NCBI GenBank assembly: GCA_041486645.1
Contig: JBGPLW010000001.1
Span: 1-41,751 of the forward strand
Origin: Gaiellaceae bacterium
GTDB taxonomy: Bacteria; Actinomycetota; Thermoleophilia; Gaiellales; Gaiellaceae
DNA length: 41,751 bases
Direction of reading: 5' to 3'
Of the stretch, positions 15,493 to 24,197 are shown piece by piece. Numbering within the stretch: the stretch's first letter is position 1; each line of letters begins with the position of its first letter. A program made the translations under genes and the position numbers. Under the pieces are notes generated by a model, which did not search any database, was not told where the DNA came from, and was given only the letters and a program-made list of their open reading frames with translations.

Positions 15493-16278
15493 TCAGAACG
15501 GGACGGCTCCCTTGCCCTTCCAGGCTGCAAGCTTCAGCAGCACGCCGCGTGGGACAGCGGAGCCGGAGAGCACGCAGGTTCGGCCGCCGCGAAGCCACGT
15601 GACGACGAGACGTCCGTGCACGGTGAAGGTGTGTAGCTCGGTGCCGTTGCGCTCGACGAGGGTTGTCCCGCGCGGAACGCGGAGTGCGGCCCCGTCGATG
15701 ATCGTGTAGCCGATTCGGTGGCCTTCTTTTCCGTAGAAGACCGTCCCCGTTCGGCGTCCCCCAAGCGTGTCGGTTCGCATCCCGGTCGCCTTCCAGCCGA
15801 ACTTCGTCTCCCAGTTCGGGAACGCGACTCCTCCGATGGCGTGCGCGAGCAGCTTCGGCTGCGCGGGCTGTGGTGTCGGCGGAGCACCGGTCGCCGCGCG
15901 GCCCGAGAGCTGCGCGGCCGCCGCGAGGCTCGGGCCGCCCGCGCCGCCGGGTAGCACGAGGAAGAGTGCGAGCGCCGTTACGGCAGCAACCGCCAGCCCC
16001 GTCCCGAGCTGGGTCCGGCGACGGCGGGGAGAGCGCCGCTCGGCGCCGATGCGAGCCCGAAGGCCCGACGGAGCCTCGACCGTTGCGCTCACGCTGCGGA
16101 CGAGGGTGAGGGCGCACTCCTGCTCGGCAAGCCGAGCGGCGAGCTCGGGCGACGCCGCAACCGACGCCTCGACCGCTGCCTGGCGCTCCGGCGCCAGCGA
16201 ACCGTCGGCGAGCGCAGCGAGCTCGATCGGTTCGTCGTCAGGTGCTTCGGCGCTTCTCCGGTTCTTCAGTAAGAACAC
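15493..16278 (-). CDS. Putative membrane-spanning anti-sigma factor (no zinc-finger Cys motif)
   Basis: N-terminal LAALADGSLAPERQAAVEASVAASPELAARLAEQ resembles anti-sigma N-domains. There is a single TM (GTGLAVAAVTALALFLVL) and an extracytoplasmic beta-rich C-domain. The GTG start at 16278 is chosen; 16389 is possible. Confidence 0.6.
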   Translation of the reverse strand: MFLLKNRRSAEAPDDEPIELAALADGSLAPERQAAVEASVAASPELAARLAEQECALTLVRSVSATVEAPSGLRARIGAERRSPRRRRTQLGTGLAVAAVTALALFLVLPGGAGGPSLAAAAQLSGRAATGAPPTPQPAQPKLLAHAIGGVAFPNWETKFGWKATGMRTDTLGGRRTGTVFYGKEGHRIGYTIIDGAALRVPRGTTLVERNGTELHTFTVHGRLVVTWLRGGRTCVLSGSAVPRGVLLKLAAWKGKGAVPF

Positions 16279-16339
16279 CTCGATCGCAAATGATGCCGCG
16301 GGCCCGCAGTTTATTCCCGGAGATCGTCGCGGTCGCGCG

Positions 16340-16364
16340 GGAATATCCGCGGCCGAGCGGAGTC
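16340..16364 (+). promoter_or_regulatory. Possible ECF-type promoter (GGAAT-N17-GTC) upstream of the RTX-like gene
   Basis: GGAATA at 16340-16345 and GTC at 16362-16364, about 45 nt upstream of ATG 16409. The GGAATA is one arm of an 8-bp inverted repeat, tattcccg (16312-16319) / cgggaata (16338-16345). Confidence 0.3.
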
Positions 16365-16408
16365 CTTGTGCAGGACGGAAGACATCCACTCATGAGGAGA
16401 CATGCGAA

Positions 16409-18373
16409 ATGCGTTGGCACAAGCACATCCTGATCGGCGCGGCCGTGGTGTTCGTTGCGGCTGCGACGGCCGGGCCCACGTTCGCTTCGGCGAAGAAGGA
16501 CAAAGTCAAGGCGAAAGTTCAGAACGGCACCCTCACGGTCACCGGATCGACTGGGAACGACGTCATCACCTTGCGACTGGCCGCGGGCGACCCGACGACG
16601 CTCGAGGTCGAGGCCGACGGCAAGAAGTCGGAGGAGCTCAGCTTCAAGCGCAGCAGGTTCGACGCGATCGTCGTCGATGCGGGAGGCGGTGACGACACCG
16701 TCTCGATCGACGAGAGCAACGGCGTCTTCACGGACACGGAGGCGACGACGCTCGACGGCGGCGACGGCAACGACACGCTCCGTGGCGGCTCCTTCGCCGA
16801 GACCTTGATCGGCGGCGCCGGCAACGACACGGTCGACGGGAATCGCGGCAGTGACACGGCGTTCCTGGGCGCGGGCGACGACACGTTCGTCTGGGACCCG
16901 GGCGACGGTAGCGACGTGGTCGAGGGTCAGGCGGGTAGCGACACGATGCTGTTCAACGGCTCCAATGCGGGCGAGCACATCGATCTGTCCGCGAACGGGT
17001 CGCGGTTGCGGCTGTTCCGTGATGTCGCGAACATCACGATGGACACGAACGGTGTCGAGACCGTCGATGTCAACGCGCGCGGCGGCGCCGACACGCTGAC
17101 CGTGAACGATCTGAGCGGGACGGACGTGACGAGCGTCAAGACTGACCTCGGCGTGAACGGCGGCGGCGACGGCTCGGCCGACCAGGTGATCGTCAACGGC
17201 ACGGCGGCGGCCGACCGCGTGCAGATCGCTTCGGCGGGCGGCGAGACGGAGGTCTCCGGGCTCGCGGCGACCGTTGCCGTGTCAAACGCGGAGGCGTCGG
17301 ACACGCTGGCCGTCAACGGCCTCGCCGGCGATGACCGGATCGCGTCCGAGGCTGCTCAGCCGCTGGCGGTGCAGATCGACGGCGGCGACGGCGTCGACAC
17401 CGCGGTCGCGCAGGGCTCGAACGCGAACGACACGATCCAGGTTGCAGCCGCGGCTCCGGCCGTGCGCGTCTTCTCGATCGGTGCTGCCGGTTTCGTACAG
17501 GCGCAGGCCGAAGACCTCGTGGTCAGCGGTCTCGCCGGCGACGACTCGATCAGCGCCGGCAACGGCCTCGCGGGTCTCGCCGCGCTGACGATCGACGGCG
17601 GCGACGGCAACGACACGATCGCGGGCGGTGACGGTGCCGACCTGCTGATCGGCGGCGCCGGCAACGACACGGTCGACGGCAACCGCGGCAGTGACACGGC
17701 GTTCCTCGGTGCGGGCGACGACACGTTCGTCTGGGATCCGGGCGACGGCAGCGACGTCGTCGAGGGCCAGGCAGGGAACGACACGATGCTGTTCAACGGC
17801 TCGAACGCGGGCGAGAAGATCGACCTGTCCGCGAACGGCTCACGGCTGCGCCTGTTCCGTGACGTCGGGAACATCACGATGGACACGAACGGCGTCGAGA
17901 CCGTTGATGTCAACCTGCTCGGCGGTGCCGACACGCTGACCGTGCACGACCTCAGTGGAACCGACGTGACGAGCGTCAAGACCGACCTCGCAGTGAACGG
18001 CGGCGGCGACGGCTCGTCCGATCAGGTGGTTGTCGACGGCACGAACGGCAACGACGCGATCACCGTCGCCGGGAGCAACGGCTCGGCGACCGTGTCCGGT
18101 CTCGCGGCCGGCGTCACGATCACCGGTGCCGAGCCCAGCCTCGACGGCCTCACGGTCAATGCGCTCGGAGGCGACGACGCGGTCACCGCATCCGCTCTTG
18201 CGGCGAACGCGCTCAAGCTCACCGTCGACGGTGGCGACGGAGCCGATGTGCTGGTCGGCGGCGCGGGTGACGACGTGCTGCTCGGCGGCGCGGGCGACGA
18301 CATCCTCATCGGCGGGCCGGGGCTCGACACGCTCGACGGCGGTCCCGGGGCCAACATCCTGATCCAGGACTGA
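16409..18373 (+). CDS. Secreted calcium-binding protein with RTX/hemolysin-type Gly-Asp repeats
   Basis: RBS AGGAGA lies 8 nt upstream of the ATG. Signal peptide: MRWHKHILIGAAVVFVAAATAGPTFASA. There are many GGxGxD-type repeats (GGDGNDTL, GGAGNDTVDG, GGAGDDVLLGGAGDDILIGGPGLDTLDGG). The upstream 642 nt of the track ORF is antisense to the anti-sigma gene. Confidence 0.88.
   Translation: MRWHKHILIGAAVVFVAAATAGPTFASAKKDKVKAKVQNGTLTVTGSTGNDVITLRLAAGDPTTLEVEADGKKSEELSFKRSRFDAIVVDAGGGDDTVSIDESNGVFTDTEATTLDGGDGNDTLRGGSFAETLIGGAGNDTVDGNRGSDTAFLGAGDDTFVWDPGDGSDVVEGQAGSDTMLFNGSNAGEHIDLSANGSRLRLFRDVANITMDTNGVETVDVNARGGADTLTVNDLSGTDVTSVKTDLGVNGGGDGSADQVIVNGTAAADRVQIASAGGETEVSGLAATVAVSNAEASDTLAVNGLAGDDRIASEAAQPLAVQIDGGDGVDTAVAQGSNANDTIQVAAAAPAVRVFSIGAAGFVQAQAEDLVVSGLAGDDSISAGNGLAGLAALTIDGGDGNDTIAGGDGADLLIGGAGNDTVDGNRGSDTAFLGAGDDTFVWDPGDGSDVVEGQAGNDTMLFNGSNAGEKIDLSANGSRLRLFRDVGNITMDTNGVETVDVNLLGGADTLTVHDLSGTDVTSVKTDLAVNGGGDGSSDQVVVDGTNGNDAITVAGSNGSATVSGLAAGVTITGAEPSLDGLTVNALGGDDAVTASALAANALKLTVDGGDGADVLVGGAGDDVLLGGAGDDILIGGPGLDTLDGGPGANILIQD
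16752..17205 (+). repeat. Copy 1 of an intragenic direct repeat (~450 nt, offset exactly 840 nt)
   Basis: Aligns colinearly with 17592-18045. By eye it is about nine-tenths identical, with long exact runs such as gatcggcggcgccggcaacgacacggtcgacgg and acatcacgatggacacgaacgg. Confidence 0.85.
17592..18045 (+). repeat. Copy 2 of the intragenic direct repeat
   Basis: See copy 1. It encodes LIGGAGNDTVDGNRGSDTAFLGAGDDTFVWDPGDGSDVVEGQAG.DTMLFNGSNAGE.IDLSANGSRLRLFRDV.NITMDTNGVETVDVN in both copies. Confidence 0.85.
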
Positions 18374-18381
18374 CCGGATGT

Positions 18382-18419
18382 CTCGAATGGGCTCCGCCTC
18401 GCGGCGGGGCCCATTCGAG
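18382..18419. terminator. Long hairpin between convergent genes (RTX-like gene and histidine kinase); probable bidirectional terminator
   Basis: 11-bp perfect stem ctcgaatgggc / gcccattcgag. An inner ccgcc/ggcgg pairing extends the stem. Confidence 0.6.
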
Positions 18420-18434
18420 CACTCGCTCGAGATC

Positions 18435-20129
18435 TCAGGTCTCGTGTTGCCGGCGCGGCAGGACGACGGTGAACGTCGAGCCCTCACCCGGGGACGACCG
18501 CACGGTCAGCGTGCCGCCCATCTGCATCACGATCTCGCGGGAGATGTAGAGGCCGAGGCCTGAGCCGCCGACGCCGCGGCTCATGGCTGCGTCGAGGCGA
18601 TAGAACTTCTCGAAGATCCGTTCGAGCTCGGCTGCAGGGATGCCGATCCCTTCGTCGACGACCTCGAGCCGCACCCAACCGGGCTCCTCACTCACGAGCA
18701 CGTCGATTCGCCCGCCGTTGGGCGAGTACTTGACGCCGTTCTCCACGAGGTTGACGAGCACCTGCCGGAGTAGCGCCTCGTCGCAGCGAAGCGGCACCAT
18801 CTTCGTCGGCATCTGGAGCATCACTGTGTTGCTCCCAGCGGTTCGCAGTCGCGCGGACTCCACGACGCCGGAGCACAGTGCGAGGACGTCGACATCCGAC
18901 TCGTCGAGGTGAACGCCGCCGCGGTCGAGCCGTGCACTGACGAGGAGCTGGTCGACGATCTGGACCAGGTGCTCGGATTCTTGTTCGATCATCCCCAGGA
19001 GCCGCTCCTGCTGGCCTCGCTCGAGGGTGTCGCGGTGGGCGATGAGTGTGCGAGCGCCGCCATAAACCGCGGTCAGCGGCGTCCGGAGCTCGTGTGAGGC
19101 CGTGGCGACGAAGTCCGCGCGTGTCCGCTCGAGCACGTAGCCGGCCGTCGCGTCTCTGACCGTGAGCACGGTTCCTCCCTCGAAGGCGCTGAGCGCAGGA
19201 GAGAGCCACCGCTCCTCGTCGGCGATCCGCACGGGTACGAAGCGCTCGTCTCGGTGGGCTGCCTCGACGAGCCGCGCGTACTCCGGCACGACCACCGCTG
19301 CCGGCCGGCCGACCGCCTCCAGCGCGGTGACGCCGAAGAGCGGCTCGCTCGCCGCGTTCCAGAAGCGAATCACGCCGGCGTCGTCAACGAGGAACACCGC
19401 GTCGGACACGTGCGCGAGCGCGTGCGCCGCGTTCGCTCCCTGCTCTGCGCGCAGGCGCGCGTCCTCTTCTGAGGCGTACAGCCGTCGGAGCCGCTCCGGA
19501 AGTTTCACGAGCAAGCCTATGGCCACGGCCAGTGCGAGCGCGCCGGCGATACCGAGTGACGCGAGCGTGCGCCGCAGGGTTGCGCGTTGCTCGTGCTGCG
19601 TCCGCTGGACGATGCGTTTCGTGTCGCTCTGCATCAGCGCCGCGGTCTCGTGGAAGCGCGCGCCGAGTGCCTCGCCGCCGAGGACTTCGCGGATGGCGCG
19701 CTCTCGTCCAACTTTGCCGTCCGCGACGAAGACGATGAGCCGGTCGTAGAAGCCGTGCAGCGCGACAACGTCCTTGCGAACTTCGGTGAGACGGTCGTTC
19801 AGCTCGGGATGGTCCTTCGTCAGCCTCGCGATCCGGCGGAGATCCCCGACGACGCCTTTGCGTCCCGCGAGATACGGGTCGAGGCTCTTGCGATCCTGGG
19901 TGATCATGTAGCCCCTGACGCCTGTCTCCTCCCGTTCCATCTGGAACAACACGTCACGTGATGCCGTGCGGAGTGGAAGCGCGAGGCCGATGTAGTGATC
20001 CTCCGCGGAGCGGTAGAGGTTGTAGCTCGCGAGCAGTCCGATGAGGAGAATCGCGAGCAGCAGCGCCAAGAGGACGAACAGGGAGACCCGCACGCGCTGC
20101 TTGACCGCGAACGCACCGACCGATGACAT
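18435..20129 (-). CDS. Sensor histidine kinase: TM-CHASE3-TM-PAS-HisKA-HATPase_c
   Basis: ATG at 20129 (MSSVGAF...); the track start at 20180 is a TTG. CHASE3-like ETGVRGYMITQDRKSLDPYLAG; H-box ATASHELRTPLT; N-box LVENGVKYSP; G1 VVDEGIGI; G2 GGSGLGLYISREI. Confidence 0.88.
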   Translation of the reverse strand: MSSVGAFAVKQRVRVSLFVLLALLLAILLIGLLASYNLYRSAEDHYIGLALPLRTASRDVLFQMEREETGVRGYMITQDRKSLDPYLAGRKGVVGDLRRIARLTKDHPELNDRLTEVRKDVVALHGFYDRLIVFVADGKVGRERAIREVLGGEALGARFHETAALMQSDTKRIVQRTQHEQRATLRRTLASLGIAGALALAVAIGLLVKLPERLRRLYASEEDARLRAEQGANAAHALAHVSDAVFLVDDAGVIRFWNAASEPLFGVTALEAVGRPAAVVVPEYARLVEAAHRDERFVPVRIADEERWLSPALSAFEGGTVLTVRDATAGYVLERTRADFVATASHELRTPLTAVYGGARTLIAHRDTLERGQQERLLGMIEQESEHLVQIVDQLLVSARLDRGGVHLDESDVDVLALCSGVVESARLRTAGSNTVMLQMPTKMVPLRCDEALLRQVLVNLVENGVKYSPNGGRIDVLVSEEPGWVRLEVVDEGIGIPAAELERIFEKFYRLDAAMSRGVGGSGLGLYISREIVMQMGGTLTVRSSPGEGSTFTVVLPRRQHET

Positions 20130-20176
20130 TCCGTGGCGACGCGTGCGGCTGCCCTTGGGCCGGCTTGCGGCCACGC

Positions 20177-20806
20177 TCAACTGCCGACCCCGCAGCCGGA
20201 GACGATCTTGAAGTTCGTGAGCGGCCGCAGCTCCGCGCCGTTTGGCAGCGCCCCGCGCGTCGTCGTGGTGGGGTTCCAGAAGCCGACGCCGCCGATGTCG
20301 ACGGTGACGCCGATCAACTGCCAGGGGGCGATAACCGTCGGACAGTGCGACGTCAGTTCACGCCGTGCGGCGATCATGCCCGTACGGTCGCGCGCGTCTG
20401 GCCCGAGGCAGTTTGGATTCGGGAGGTACGCGTTCATGTACTGCGCGCTTTCGATGCTGTAAAGCGAGAGGACGATCTCGCCGTTCGAGGCGATGCGGTA
20501 GCGGTCGACAACGGTCCGCATGCGCCACACCTGTCGTTGGAACGATGTCGTGCGTGCGGGTCCGATTCGCGTCGGCGCCTTCAGCGCCGCGATCTTCGCG
20601 ATTGTCGTCCAACGTCCGTGGAGGTTCACTCGGTTGCGGTCGGCGTCGCTCAACGTCATCAACCGCCACAGTGTCCCGCCACAGTGCGGTCCTGGTCCTC
20701 GCGTTTCGGCGCGTGAAGAGCCAGCGGCCGCGGCGAGCATCGCGCTCACCGCGAGTAATGCGAATGCGAGCGCGAGTACGGGTCGGCGTTTGAGTTGAGA
20801 TGGCAT
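20177..20806 (-). CDS. Secreted hypothetical protein (209 aa, several Cys)
   Basis: Signal peptide: MPSQLKRRPVLALAFALLAVSAMLAAAAGSSRA. It lies directly upstream of, and on the same strand as, the histidine kinase. Confidence 0.6.
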   Translation of the reverse strand: MPSQLKRRPVLALAFALLAVSAMLAAAAGSSRAETRGPGPHCGGTLWRLMTLSDADRNRVNLHGRWTTIAKIAALKAPTRIGPARTTSFQRQVWRMRTVVDRYRIASNGEIVLSLYSIESAQYMNAYLPNPNCLGPDARDRTGMIAARRELTSHCPTVIAPWQLIGVTVDIGGVGFWNPTTTTRGALPNGAELRPLTNFKIVSGCGVGS

Positions 20807-20914
20807 TGGCGCTCGAGATGATTGGGCCGCCCGCAGCGCCGCTCAGGGTACCTGCTTCGTCCTCGGCCACAACCCGACGGGGTTGGTTCAGGACAGCGGG
20901 TGTCTACATCGCGA

Positions 20915-20987
20915 TGGGCCGGGCAGGGATCGAACCTGCGACCTTGGGATTAAAAGTCCCCTGCTCTACCAACTGAGCTACCGGCCC
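20915..20987 (-). tRNA. tRNA-Lys (anticodon UUU)
   Basis: The reverse complement folds as a cloverleaf: acceptor GGGCCGG/CCGGCCC, D-arm GCTCAGTTGGTAGAGC, anticodon loop CTTTTAA, T-arm GCAGGTTCGATCCCTGC. CCA is not encoded. Confidence 0.93.
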
Positions 20988-20994
20988 GAGACGG

Positions 20995-21204
20995 TCAACT
21001 CTTTTCGAGTGTACGTTCCCACGCCTGGAGCAGCTGCTCGATGTTCCGGCGCTGCGCGTCGCTGAACTCGAAGCGGTCGACGAGCCGCCGCGCCTCTGCC
21101 GGATCGTCGTTCTCGACCGCGGCCTCGAGATGCTCCCGCAACGGCGTGGGCTGCTGGAGCTGCCGCCGCAGCCAGCGCAGAAGGCTCACCTGTGCCGCTT
21201 CCAC
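20995..21204 (-). CDS. Small hypothetical protein (69 aa)
   Basis: GTG start 3 nt after the DUF2339-like gene's stop. Helical, charged sequence with no recognisable motifs. Confidence 0.4.
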   Translation of the reverse strand: MEAAQVSLLRWLRRQLQQPTPLREHLEAAVENDDPAEARRLVDRFEFSDAQRRNIEQLLQAWERTLEKS

Positions 21205-21207
21205 GGC

Positions 21208-24018
21208 TCAACTGTAGGTGCTCGGGCCGTTCCGGTCGCCGAGTTGGGCCGACAGCTTCTGCGTGAAGAAGCCTGCGAGCAGTAGAACCGCGCCGACGGC
21301 GAGGAACGACAGCGCCCGCGTGATTGAGCTGAGCTGCGACAGGTCGTAGAGGAAGAGCTTCGCGAGGCTGACACCGAGGAGCGTGAAGCCGCCGAGCCGC
21401 AGCGCGCGGCGGCCGCGCGTGAGGCCGATATAGAGGAGCACGAGGCCAAGGCCGCCCCAGAGCGCGCTCACGCCGGTGTGGCCGCGCTGGAAGTCGGTGT
21501 GCAGGCTCGCTGTCGACACACGCATGAACAACTCGAGGATCCCGAGTGACGCTGCGTAGACGAGCAGCCCGCCGCTGACCCAGAGCGAGATCTCCCGCCA
21601 CTCCTCGCCGACTCTCGGGACCGCCCACGCGAACGTGACGAGTGCGCCTATGAGCAGGATGAGCCCGACCAGTCCGTGCGCCGGATGCGAGCGCGCGACC
21701 ACGAGGTGCGTCGGGGGCGCGTGGACGAGCGCCGATCCTGCAGTGAGCACGAGGTAACCGAAGGAGCCGAAGAAGAACCGGTCCTCGTGCGCGTAGACCG
21801 CGAGAACGGCGAGCGCCGCTGCCGCGCCCGCCCACGCGAGCGTGAGCCAGGTGCCGCCGGTCAGCATGCCCCCCGCGACGGCCGCGAGCGCGAGCGCGGG
21901 CGCCCAGAGCGACGTGCAGAGATCGCGGAGGCGCGCGCGCGTGAAGACCGAGGCTGCGAACGCACCGAGAACGAGCGCGATGGCGAGCAGCCCGAAGCCG
22001 CCTTGCCGCTGCGTCTCGAGCGGATGGAGCGACGCGATCGCGAACGCGACGGCGGCAGCGACGGCGATGTAGGTCTCCGCGCTCGGAGTCGTCCGCTCCT
22101 CGTCCAGCACCTCACGGAGGTAGCCGGCGAGCAGGAGCGCCGAGGCGACGCCGATGAAGCAGAGCGAGAAGGCGAGCCCAACGAGCTGCGAGCCGTCGTA
22201 GGCTGCGACCTTCAGCGCGGCGACGTCGAGCCAGGCGAACGCAATGAGGCGCGCCGTCGGCGAGCCTCGCCGCGTCGTGAGGACAGTGGCGAGGAGGCCG
22301 GCAACCGACCAGAGGACCGTCACTGCGACGTGCCCGCGGTGGAACGAGGCCGTGATGCCGCCGTGTCCCCACACGTCTTCGAAGAGCTCGAGAACCGTTA
22401 GCGAGACCGCGTCGACCGCAAACAACGCCGCAACGCACGCACTGACGATGCGCAGCTCGCGCTGGTGCAGGCGGAGCGAGGTCGCGATGGGAGCGAGGAA
22501 GCGGAGAACGCCGCGCTCGCTCGTCTCGTTCCAGTCGGCGCGTGCCGTATACATCACGATAAGGGCGGCGATCGTCGTCGCGGCGAGTGCGGCGGCGCCC
22601 GATGCCGGATGGCGCGCGACGGCGAAGAGCGAGTCGGGCGGCGCGTCGAAGATGAGCGCGTGGCCCGCTGCGAGCGAAACGTAGCCGAGCGCGGCGAGCT
22701 GAAGGCGCGTCTCGCGGACCTGGCGTGCCGCGAATGCGAGCACCGCGCCTTCGGCCGCGAACGTGTAGGTGAGGTTCGCGCCCGACAGGATGTTCGCAAC
22801 GCCGACGGCGGCCGCCGCGAGCGCGATCGTCCCGAGCAGCGTTCCGAGCTCGCGCTGCGCGCGCAGCCAGAGCGCAACGCCGATCGAGCCGAACGCTGCG
22901 CCAGCGACGAGAAGAGCGCCCCCGGCGGCGGCTCCACCCGCGGGACCGAAGAGCTGTATCGCAGCGAGCCAGGTGATGCCGATGCTCGCAAGGACGAACA
23001 TCGTCGGCAGCGGCTCGAGCGCATCCTTGCGACGTGCGAGCTGATCCGCGATGCCGGTCGCGAGGTAGAGGAGCGCAAACACGATCGCGAGCGCAATGGC
23101 GCCGCCGTCGAGGCGCCCGGCGTCGACGATGAGCGCGATGATCTGCGGCGCGCCGGCGATTGCGCCGCCGACGAGCAGCCACTCCCAGCGCATACGAACG
23201 CCGACGGCGGCCGCGGCGATCGTCATGATCGCGGCGAAGCCGGTTCCGGTCGCTGTCAGCCCGCCCTCCGTCGCGAGGAGTGCGGGCGCGGCGATCGCGC
23301 CGATGAGGCCCAGCGCCGCGACGAGCTCCGCGCGCCACGCGACTGCGACCGCCAGGGCAGCGGCGGCGATGCCCGCCGCCAGGACGAGCGCGAGCGCGTT
23401 CGGGACGATGTCATAGAGCGCCGTGGCGGCGGCGAGGGTTGCATAGCCGCCGGCGATGCCGGCCCCGACCGCTGCGAGTGACGAGTACGTCTCCTCGAAG
23501 CGGCGGCGCAGCCAGAGCCCCGAGAAGAAGACGATCGCCGAAGCGACCGCACCGCAGATGACGCGCGCGTCGGGCCCGATCCAGCCGTTGTTGACGGCGA
23601 GAACGAAGAAGAAGATGACGCCGAGCAGCGTCACGATGCCGCCGGCCCAAGCGAGTACCTGCGGGCCGGGGAGATCGGAGATGTCCCAGTCGTGGGGCGG
23701 CGTGGGCGGGGTTGCCCCGTACGCGGGCTGCGCGGGCCGTGACGGGAACGGGCTCCGCGGCCCGAACGACGCCGGAACGGATGTTGCCGGCGCCGACGGC
23801 GCGGGAGGCGCGGGAACAGGTGCGTGCGGCACCGGCCCCGCCGGGAACGGCTCGCGTGCAGTCGTGGGCCGCGGCGCGGTGCGCAACGGCTGTGCAGGCG
23901 CGGGCACGGTTGCGCCATGCTCTTGCAGCGCGGCGCGAATCTCGGCGACCTCGTCCTGGAGAGCTTGCATCCGGTGCTCGACGGCGTTCAAGCGCACGAG
24001 CAGGTCGTCGGTCTCCAC
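21208..24018 (-). CDS. Large polytopic membrane protein (936 aa), DUF2339-like
   Basis: GTG start with GGAGG 6 nt upstream. Order of elements: N-terminal coiled coil (LVRLNAVEHRMQALQDEVAEIRAAL), a Pro-rich linker, then more than 20 hydrophobic helices. This is the architecture typical of DUF2339. Confidence 0.8.
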   Translation of the reverse strand: METDDLLVRLNAVEHRMQALQDEVAEIRAALQEHGATVPAPAQPLRTAPRPTTAREPFPAGPVPHAPVPAPPAPSAPATSVPASFGPRSPFPSRPAQPAYGATPPTPPHDWDISDLPGPQVLAWAGGIVTLLGVIFFFVLAVNNGWIGPDARVICGAVASAIVFFSGLWLRRRFEETYSSLAAVGAGIAGGYATLAAATALYDIVPNALALVLAAGIAAAALAVAVAWRAELVAALGLIGAIAAPALLATEGGLTATGTGFAAIMTIAAAAVGVRMRWEWLLVGGAIAGAPQIIALIVDAGRLDGGAIALAIVFALLYLATGIADQLARRKDALEPLPTMFVLASIGITWLAAIQLFGPAGGAAAGGALLVAGAAFGSIGVALWLRAQRELGTLLGTIALAAAAVGVANILSGANLTYTFAAEGAVLAFAARQVRETRLQLAALGYVSLAAGHALIFDAPPDSLFAVARHPASGAAALAATTIAALIVMYTARADWNETSERGVLRFLAPIATSLRLHQRELRIVSACVAALFAVDAVSLTVLELFEDVWGHGGITASFHRGHVAVTVLWSVAGLLATVLTTRRGSPTARLIAFAWLDVAALKVAAYDGSQLVGLAFSLCFIGVASALLLAGYLREVLDEERTTPSAETYIAVAAAVAFAIASLHPLETQRQGGFGLLAIALVLGAFAASVFTRARLRDLCTSLWAPALALAAVAGGMLTGGTWLTLAWAGAAAALAVLAVYAHEDRFFFGSFGYLVLTAGSALVHAPPTHLVVARSHPAHGLVGLILLIGALVTFAWAVPRVGEEWREISLWVSGGLLVYAASLGILELFMRVSTASLHTDFQRGHTGVSALWGGLGLVLLYIGLTRGRRALRLGGFTLLGVSLAKLFLYDLSQLSSITRALSFLAVGAVLLLAGFFTQKLSAQLGDRNGPSTYS

Positions 24019-24067
24019 GTCTACCTCCGTTGGACGAAGCGCGTGTATCGCATACGTGCTATGGCCG

Positions 24068-24095
24068 AGTATAGCGAGTTTGCTATGTCTGTCAA
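24068..24095 (-). promoter_or_regulatory. Near-consensus sigma-70-type promoter TTGACA-N16-TATACT for the DUF2339-like gene
   Basis: The minus strand reads cggtcTTGACAgacatagcaaactcgcTATACTcggcc. It sits in a locally AT-richer spacer between tRNA-Val and the gene start (24018). Confidence 0.55.
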
Positions 24096-24103
24096 GACCG
24101 GGA

Positions 24104-24176
24104 TGGGCGGTGACGGGCTCGAACCGCCGACCCTCTGCGTGTAAAGCAGATGCTCTACCAACTGAGCTAACCGCCC
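24104..24176 (-). tRNA. tRNA-Val (anticodon UAC)
   Basis: Reverse complement: GGGCGGT TA GCTCAGTTGGTAGAGC A TCTGC TTTACAC GCAGA GGGTC GGCGGTTCGAGCCCGTC ACCGCCC A. Confidence 0.93.
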
Positions 24177-24197
24177 GGAACGTGGTACACGGTACAC

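Noticed and set aside
15767-16408. 5' extension of the RTX-like ORF (868 aa in the track)
   Set aside because: It runs antisense through the anti-sigma gene. The ATG at 16409 has an AGGAGA RBS and starts a textbook signal peptide.
16409-18373. Periodic GGCGGCG/GACGAC repeats as a possible CRISPR or satellite array
   Set aside because: The periodicity is codon-level (Gly-Asp RTX nonapeptides) inside one continuous ORF. There are no spacer/repeat units of CRISPR size and no cas genes.
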